Made by a program: the position numbers and the translations under genes
Part shown: positions 58,554 to 64,000 of the stretch, in pieces
Numbering within the stretch: position 1 is the first letter of the stretch
Layout of the letters: each line of letters starts with the position of its first letter
The notes under the pieces: generated by a model
Told to the model about the DNA's origin: nothing
The model's input: the letters and a program-made list of their open reading frames with translations, nothing else
Database searches by the model: none
Assembly (NCBI GenBank): GCA_964016885.1
Contig: OZ024743.1
Coordinates: forward strand, 275,218,001 to 275,282,000
Origin: Eledone cirrhosa
Taxonomy: Eukaryota
Direction of reading: 5' to 3'
DNA length: 64,000 nt

Positions 58554-58608
<55 letters not shown>

Positions 58609-58865
58609 AGTATGCATGTATACGTACATACATATATGTATACAGACGTACAGTAGCATGCACATATATATATATATATATACATATATATATACATATG
58701 CATACAGGTACACATACATATATGCACGTATCAGTTTAGCGGCGCTTATTATAACGTCGCTTTGTTCGTTTGTAAACAAACTGAACAGCCTGAATTTATG
58801 CCATACGGTGTAAGTAAGTGCCATACTAAGAGTGAGAAATGAAATTTCGTTTTCATTTTGTTTCA

Positions 58866-58902
<37 letters not shown>

Positions 58903-59903
58903 CAAGGGTGTGTAATAGAGTGTGTGAGAGACCCGAAGCACGAGTTACACGTATTTACGTATAAAATATATTGAACTGAAACTTCGATCTTTTTCGTAAT
59001 ATAAACACTCACGTGTTCGAGCATTGGTGACTTGTGGGCTTATGTCGAACACCTGCTGTCACATGTAGGACGGACCCGGTTATCAGCTGAGTCCATCGTG
59101 AAGATTGCCCCGCTGCCTTCCTTTAGCCGGGAAGGGCAGGCAGTTTTTATCTGCCTGGTGGCCATAGCGAAAATGTCTGAAAGGGTTGAAGACGGGCACG
59201 TTACTCTTCGGTGAAGCCCTGATTAACTTTTTCAGGTTTTATTTGAAGAGGAAAATCAGGGTCAAGAGAGAAATGCTGCCTTCCAAGCAGTTTATTGAAA
59301 ATTAGGTGAGAGGGGTGAGCATGGTCCGAGTGAATAGACCTGTCTGAGTATGCGCCAGTGGCTAGGTGCGGAAGACTGGGAGAAGGCATTTACCCTGGTA
59401 GTCAGAGTGACCGTGACTTTTTGTGGGCTTTCTCCAAGTGGGACCCTCAGAAATAGCAACTATTAAGGAATTTACTTTGTTTGAATTTGTTTTCTATCTC
59501 GTTATATGACGTTTCTATACGTTAAAGCCCACACTTCCGTCATGTTGTATCTACACGCCCCATTGATTTGTTTCTTTTCTTCTTGTAAGAACTGCGTGGC
59601 TAATAAAGAAATCATCTTCGGTGATTTGGAAGTATCGGTAGAGCGTCAGACACCATGCTTTGCAACATCGAGTTATGGCCCTTTACGTTCTGAGTTACGC
59701 CGAGGTTAACTTTGCCTTTCGTCCTTACGGAGTCGATAAAATAAAGTACCAGTAATGCACTGTGATAATTGCTGGCCTTGTGGCAAAAATAGAAACATTA
59801 TTATTATTATTATCATCATCAACATCACCATCACCATCTTCATTTTATATCCACATACATACATATATATACATATATATACATATATACATATACACAT
59901 ATA

Positions 59904-59936
<33 letters not shown>

Positions 59937-60149
59937 TTTATGGATAATTGTCGTTCTGTATTTCTAATTAAATTGTTTTATATATACCAACATATATATG
60001 TGTGTGTATCTGTATGTGTCTCTATGTGTGTGTGTGTGAACGTGTGTGTTTGTGTGTTTTCTATATTAATATATTTCATATTCCTAGAATTCTAATTGAT
60101 TTATCGTGTACTTTTAATTATGTGTGCGTACATATATATATAGAGAGAT

Positions 60150-60547
60150 GACCCCTTAGCCTTTGTCAAGGCAGAATTCTAGGAGAAGGAAAACTCTGAT
60201 ATAACACCTGCAACCCTGATGGTATCCAATGATGTTGACTTGTTCTTCTTTTTGGTAAATATCATCTTGGTTAAGAGAGTGGGACTGGCTTTGTGCAGTG
60301 CCTTTGCTCACTATAAAAGCTTCACGGCACAGGCATTGCTTTATATCTGGAGATCTTTCTGCACTTGTCGTTACATGGTACCATGGGCCCAGCACTATGT
60401 GTCAATAATTGTCACAGGTGTAGTGTTTGTACCAGAGTTTTCAAGTCGCTGGCTGGACTAAAAAGTCATATTCGTTCAGCGTATCGGTAGGGGTTCTCCT
60501 AGATGGATATAAAGTATTGGCCGTACTCGAAAACGAGTTGGCAGCCA

Positions 60548-60550
<3 letters not shown>
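60150..60550 (+). mobile_element. Short non-autonomous RTE-related element
   Basis: CTAGGAGAAGGAAAACTCTGA resembles RTE 5' UTRs; 3' stem-loop GGCCGTACTCGAAAACGAGTTGGCAGCC. Confidence 0.6.
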
Positions 60551-60602
<52 letters not shown>

Positions 60603-60861
60603 ATTCATATGTGTGTGTGTGTGTTTCTGTGTGCGTGTGTGTGTCTGTGTCTCTATGTGTGTGTGTGTTTGTGTCTCTATATGTGTGTGTGTCTGTGTCT
60701 CTATGTGTATGTGTCTCTGTGTGTGTGTGTCTGTGTCTCTATGTGTGTGTGTGTCTGTGTCTCTATGTGTGTGTGTCTGTGTCTCTATGTGTGTGTGTGT
60801 GTCTGTGTCTCTGTGTGTGTGTGTGTCTGTGTCTCTATGTGTGTGTGTGTCTGTGTCTCTA

Positions 60862-60894
<33 letters not shown>

Positions 60895-61074
60895 CTCTAT
60901 GTGTGTGTACCTTGTTTAGTTACAAGGGTTTTCGTATATTTTATGTTTCTTTCTCTACGTCTAATTGAATTGTGAAGTGAATTATTAGAAATATTTTTGT
61001 ATTTATCAGATTATATATATATTTGTTATTTTATTTCTCTATATCTTATTGTTTGATTTATATGTATTCATATA

Positions 61075-61218
<144 letters not shown>

Positions 61219-61298
61219 TACATATACATACACACACACACATATATATGTATTCATTTATATATATATGTGTGTGTGAGTGTGTATAAATATATATG

Positions 61299-61379
<81 letters not shown>

Positions 61380-61746
61380 ACACGCATATCACTACTAAAC
61401 ATAATTCCATCATTTCGACCTGCCAACCTCTTTCAATTTCCTTACACGAAATATAAACGTTTGTGAAACGTTTACTATTACTAAAATACAATGAAGTATC
61501 TCAATAAATAGCAAGACTGGAATAGTTTGTTTTGTTCTTTTTCCTTTTGTTTTACCTTGGTTATTCTTCAATAAAAAATTTTTTTTTTTAAAACACGTTA
61601 GATTTATTATTCTGAAATGTTTCCTTTCTACGCGGTTTATAAATATATCCTTTTTATGATAACTAATAAAAACTTTGTAATTTCTTTGAAACTGTCTACA
61701 ACACGTACACATACAGGCACATACATGTATATGCATATATATATAC

Positions 61747-61855
<109 letters not shown>

Positions 61856-62074
61856 CATACGTATATATATATACACGTATATATACGTATATATACATAT
61901 ATATATATACGTATATATATAAATGAAAGGTATAGAAAATATTGTAGCAAAAAGCCAACAGTATTCCATAATATACGTATATATATATATATGTATATAC
62001 TTACATATATATATATACGTATATATATATATATATATACGTATATATACGTATATATACATATATATATATAC

Positions 62075-62115
<41 letters not shown>

Positions 62116-62369
62116 TACATACAAATGTATATACGCATATATATATATATATACGCAAACATATATACATACAAATGTATATATATATATATATTCAGGG
62201 TATCCCCAAAAAATGTATACACACTTTGATTACCTGTACAGGCAATATTTATTAGAATGCTGTTGAAGTGTGTATACATTTTGGGGGGAAACCCTGTATA
62301 TATATATATATATATATATACATACATATATACATACATACAATCATCATATATACACACCAACACACT

Positions 62370-62433
<64 letters not shown>

Positions 62434-62619
62434 CACACACACACTCGAGCGCACGCAATGATGTTTTGTATTAGAAGAGTGTTCAACAAAGTGGTGAGTC
62501 ATTTCTCCTCCTCCTCCTCCTCTTCATCATCATCATCAACATCATCAACATCACCACTACCACCGTCACCAAATAGAACACCTGTAACACCTTTACCACC
62601 ACCACCACCACAAGGTGCA

Positions 62620-63460
62620 TTCCTATAGTTACCATCGCCACCACTATCATTGCTGTCAACACCACCTCTGCCATCACCAGCACCATTATCATCATCATCA
62701 CTACTACCACTACCAACATCATCACCACCACCGCCACCCCCATCATTACTGCCATCACCATCATCACTACCATCATTACTATCACTTTCCCACCGCCACC
62801 ACCACCATCATTACTACCACCACCGCCACCCCCATCATTACTACCATCACCATCATCATTACTATCACTTTCCCACCGCCACCCCCATCATTACTGCCAT
62901 CACCATCATCACTACCATCATTACTATCACTTTCCCACCACCACCACCACCACCACCACCATCCTCATTACTACCACCACCGCCACCCCCATCATTACTG
63001 CCATCACCATCATCACTACCATCATTACTATCACTTTCCCACCACCACCACCATCCTCATTACTACCACCACCGCCACCCCCATCATTACTACCATCACC
63101 ATCATCACTACCATCATTAGTATCACTTTCCCACCACCACCACCACCATCCTCATTACTACCACCACCGCCACCCCCATCATTACTGCCATCACCATCAT
63201 CACTACCATCATTACTATCACTTTCCCACCACCACCACCACCATCATTACTACCACCACCGCCACCCCCATCATTACTGCCATCACCATCATCACTACCA
63301 TCATTACTATCACTTTCCCACCACCACCGCCACCATCATTACTACCACCACCGCCACCCCCATCATTACTGCCATCACCATCATCACTACCATCATTACT
63401 ATCACTTTCCCACCACCACCACCACCACCGCCACCATCATTACTACCACCACCGCCACCA
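62620..63460. repeat. CCA/TCA-rich minisatellite with units of about 80-90 bp
   Basis: Recurring CCGCCACCCCCATCATTACTGCCATCACC...TATCACTTTCCC. Confidence 0.9.
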
Positions 63461-63566
63461 CTAGATGCTACATTGCTGTTTCATGCACACGCGCTGTAGT
63501 CACAGGTGCGCGGTTTTAGACAATAACTGCACACTTCATTGATTTGCATACATACTCAAACACGGT

Positions 63567-63639
<73 letters not shown>

Positions 63640-64000
63640 GCGTGTGTATGTAGTGTACGAAGTAACCAAAAAATACAATAAAAACTAACTCGGAATATGA
63701 ATAAAATTGAGAATATTAGTTTAATGTGTGTCTGTCTGTCTGTGTGTGTGTGTGTGTGTCTGTATGTATGTCTGTCTGTGTGTGTGTGTCTGTGTATGTA
63801 TGTGTGTGTGTGTGCGTGTGTTTGTGTGTGTGTCTGTTTGTGTCCATCTGTTTGTGTATGTGTGTATTTTTTTGGTTACTTCGAACACTACATACACATG
63901 CGTGTGAGTGTGTGTGTGTGTGTGTGTATGTATGTGCGTGAGTGAGTGTGTGTATGTATATATGTGTGTGTGTCTGTCTGTCTGTGTCTGTGTATATGTG

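Larger units (their letters stand above)
57712..58559 (+). mobile_element. Retrozyme-like element: 329-bp direct repeats at a 519-bp period, each with an HHR
   Basis: 57712-58040 vs 58231-58559 differ at about 6 positions; (TA)n flanks. Confidence 0.8.

Overview
AT-rich, microsatellite-dense eukaryotic DNA that is almost entirely repeats. The SINE and LINE content suggests an octopus/cephalopod genome (inference). The only long real reading frame is a Helitron Rep-helicase (1365-5815, one frameshift plus one stop) with N-terminal 23-aa STPR-type repeats and a hairpin-CTAG 3' end. Decayed Penelope-like (PLE), RTE, CR1-group and L1/Tx1-like retroelements, Tc1/mariner and hAT MITEs and tRNA-SINEs are also present. 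The main hidden structure is about 15 minimal type I hammerhead ribozyme (HHR) motifs, plus several degenerate ones, in short non-coding elements inserted into (TA)n tracts. Several of these are terminally redundant 466-640 bp units resembling retrozyme circular-RNA monomers. Many insertions are fold-backs whose second arm ends at an internal TA-like site. Most other predicted ORFs are microsatellite artefacts. A few minus-strand exon candidates hint that the window lies within a host gene. All structures were folded by eye; no searches were run.
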